A stretch of DNA of 64,000 nt from Sphaerodactylus townsendi (Eukaryota), in the NCBI RefSeq assembly GCF_021028975.2, contig NC_059440.1, positions 22,506,001 to 22,570,000 on the forward strand, read 5' to 3'. Shown in pieces: positions 61,280-64,000 of the stretch. Every line of letters starts with the position of its first letter. Position 1 is the stretch's first letter. The notes below the pieces were generated by a model, which did no database searches, was not told the origin of the DNA, and was given only the letters and a program-made list of their open reading frames with translations. The translations under genes were made by a program, and so were the position numbers.

Positions 61280-61335
61280 TGCAGGCCAGAACATGATCAC
61301 TCCCCAAAGGATCTTCATATCTCTCCCCTAAGGAC
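61280..61335 (-). pseudogene. Orphan PLA2G2-type signal-peptide exon (39 coding nt, one short of the usual 40)
   Basis: Acceptor cttccag| then ATGAAGATCCTTTGGGGAGTGATCATGTTCTGGCCTGCA|gtgagt (MKILWGVIMF...). No matching downstream exon found before the next gene. Confidence 0.55.
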
Positions 61336-63231
61336 CTGGAAGATGGATGATGTAAAGGAACTGCAATGCCAAGACTGGAAGATGGTCAATGTAAAATCCT
61401 AAAAGAGGTGCAACTGAAGATACCAGTTCTATGTGCCTGCCTGCCTATCTAGAGTTGACTCTGCACCTCAGTTATTATTTGTTTATTATTATATCCCACC
61501 CTCACACTATAAAGCATGGCTCAAAGCAGCCAGCAACAATTAAAACACCACAAATACAATAAGAACAATTTTAACACACTATTTTATAAATACAGTAAAA
61601 TACAATTTAACACTCCAGCCCATCTTAGGTTATAAATTGTTTATTGAAAACCAAACACACCTTCTGAAAACCATACAGGTGATAGTGATGAGTAGTTCAT
61701 TCCTTCCCTACATTTCTTGTTTTATGAAAACAGCTCTTTATTTGGCTTACTTCTATTTTTCCTTTACAAAGCAAGCAGCTGTTAATGTATGAGAGAGATT
61801 TTAGGCAGAAAAACAGAAAACAATCCTGCCTTTATCTCAAAACCTCCTAGGCTGCATTAGGTAAAACTCTTTGTTTGCATTCCTTTTGGTCTATGGATAC
61901 ATGTCTTGAAATACCTGCTGCCTTGAAGCTGGAGATGCCAAAGAAGACTTAGAATTTCTTACACAAAAGCAATTGAAGAATGGACTCTCGGCATAATCTG
62001 AGAAAAATATCTCCGACACATTTCTTTCTTTTTTTTTTTTGGAGGAGCTGTTTCCTAGGGAGTGTGATCTCCTGAATTGAGGCACATGGTCTGAACCCGC
62101 ACGGCTCTTTTAGTTTTCCTGCACAAAAGTTTGGTACCAAAAAACCCTTAGCATCATGTCACATACTTCACCTTGTTCCAAACCCAATGACCTGCTGTTT
62201 CGGGCCAGCTCCCAATAGATTCTTGTCCTAACTAAGCTCACTTAGCAGAAGAATATCCGGACAAACGCGAAGTCATGATATAAGGAGTCATGGAACCAAG
62301 GCTGGTATTGGTACCGCATACTGGTATCAGAGCAGCTTGCCAACTCCAGGCAGGGAATGGGAGAAGCCAGGAGATGAGAGGTAAAGGTAAACATTTTTAT
62401 TCAAACTGGCAGAGAGGCAGTCAGCAAGGCGAGGAGCTCGGTGGGTATTCCTCTTGGATGTGCAAATGTTATCTTTTGATGTTTTTGTTTCTAACTTCTC
62501 TCTGCGTGGGTGGAGGTGTAATTAAAGAATAGAGTGTGCCTGCTTGGAGCTTTCTGATTAGAGAACTCATTAAAGAAACCACACAGCCTTAATGAATTAA
62601 TGTACAGTAGATTGAGAAAATGAAAACTAGCCTTATATATGGAATATGCATATTGAGTAAACCTAAAACTAATTTTCATCATTTTCTGATTAGAGGCTGC
62701 AGTATTTCTGATAGGTGACCCCCAGATGGCTGTTAAAATGTATGCCTCCCCTTGACAGTGAGATGGTGCATTGGATAGACAGGACACTAGACATTAAGTT
62801 TATTAATCCAGTTGATTAACTAATAGATTTTTAGCAATTTCAAATCACATTTCAGTTGTTCACATGTAGAGAGCAGGGTGTTCTATGGAGTTTTCTCCAG
62901 AATCCAATCAAGGGTTGAGATGACATTTTGTCCGGTTTATTGTGTGTGTTTCCTCCCTAAACTGAGACTCATTTTTCTCCATCATTTCTTTATTCAGTGG
63001 CATCTCAAGGATTACACAAATGCGCTCCAAAGGTATATCTCAGTTGCTTTTATTTCAGAATGTAAATCAAAAGAGAGTCAGTTGGCTTTAAGAAGCAAAC
63101 TCCTTCTGTTTGTTCAGGTAACTCAATTAATTTGACATTTAATGTTTTAAAGGAAGTGGATGGTTTTGTCCTCATATCCTTCCCATTCCAAGAGTCTTCC
63201 TTTTGGAGGCGGTTTCCACAAACAGGACTGA

Positions 63232-63374
63232 CTAGCACCCAGGGGTGGAACCTCTGCAGTCAATATTCCAATGAAAGCGAAAGTCTTTTCTGTAGCTCCC
63301 CAAGTGTTTTTTCAAGCACAGCACAAGATCTCTGTCACATTCACAGATCTGCTGTTGACATGATGTTCCATGGC
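63232..63374 (-). CDS. Last coding exon of a further group II sPLA2 (PLA2G2D-like); the rest of the gene lies beyond the window
   Basis: ttttttctcag|GC CAT GGA ACA TCA TGT... gives xHGTSCQQQICECDRDLVLCLKKHLGSYRKDFRFHWNIDCRGSTPGC*. 143 nt, phase 1, same size as the PLA2G2E last exon; AATAAA on the minus strand at 63049-63054. Confidence 0.9.
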
Positions 63375-63497
63375 CTGAGAAAAAAACAAAAACTTTTTTG
63401 TGACTGAGGAGAAGACACTGAAATCTTCATTCTGTAAGGCTTTGTGACTAGCCATCTCTTAAGCCCTCAAGACCCTTTTCACTCCCAGGGGTTGCAG

Positions 63498-63752
63498 ATG
63501 ACTGGCTGTTGTGGGCTTTTCAGACTGTGTGGCCACGGTCTGGTCGATTTTGCTCCTAATGTTTCACCTGCATCTATGGCTGGCATCTTTAGAAACATGT
63601 CACAGAAAGATGTGCCACACAGAAAAACGCATTTCATTGTGACGTACCTCAGAAGATGCCAGCCATAGATGCGAGCGAAACCCCACCAGACCGTGACGAC
63701 CCACCCTGGAAAACCCACAACAGCCAGTTGATTTCGACCATGAAAGCCTTTG
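63498..63752. mobile_element. Diverged Penelope-like inverted-repeat remnant (family of 8546-8784)
   Basis: Arms cctgcatctatggctggcatct / agatgccagccatagatgc; both hammerhead cores are degenerate. Confidence 0.75.
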
Positions 63753-64000
63753 ATGGTAATGGATGACTTCAGAATCTAAGGAGCTTTTTCATTTGCCTGC
63801 CAGTAGTGGGTAAACCCTTGCCCTTAGCCCCAATCTCCTGCCCTTGAGAAGCAGGGGAAAAAATGGCTGGAAAATGGCCTCCACTTCCATAGTGACATTC
63901 TAGGAAAACCTCCCATGTCTCCATGGTCTTTGGCATAAAGATAAGTTAGAAATGCCAGCCTCCAAGTGGGATGTGGGGACCCCTGGAATTACAGCTCATC

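Noticed and set aside
61949-62140. Cys-containing minus-strand ORF (NFCAGKLKEPC) resembling a PLA2 C-terminus
   Set aside because: It lacks the CECD motif and a suitable acceptor, and has an in-frame stop just upstream.
63555-63685. Further hammerhead copies in the second Penelope palindrome
   Set aside because: The cores are mutated (CUAAAGA, CAGAAGA) and the cleavage-site stems are lost.

Overview
This is vertebrate genomic DNA, not prokaryotic. Its repeat content points to a squamate reptile, probably a gecko (inference), so most entries in the six-frame ORF track are spurious. Manual splice reconstruction gives, in order: the 3' half of PPIH (+), complete YBX1 (+, 344 aa, CpG-island promoter), a processed USP7 fragment (-), intronless RNF186 (+), complete OTUD3 (+, 388 aa), and the start of the group II secreted phospholipase A2 cluster (-). 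The cluster holds an intact PLA2G2E, a divergent paralogue that keeps all 14 cysteines but has lost His48/Asp49, an orphan signal-peptide exon, and the last exon of a PLA2G2D-like gene. The rest is transposons: CR1, L2, L1 and Rex1 LINEs, tRNA-derived SINEs, hAT and Harbinger elements, and Penelope-derived palindromes. The three best leads are: (1) the catalytically dead PLA2 paralogue; (2) an intact Penelope-type hammerhead ribozyme core in a PPIH intron, paired with an antisense copy mutated only at core positions G5 and G12; (3) a YBX1-RNF186 junction that joins two blocks lying far apart in human. Orthology and transposon family names rest on recognition from memory, not database searches.
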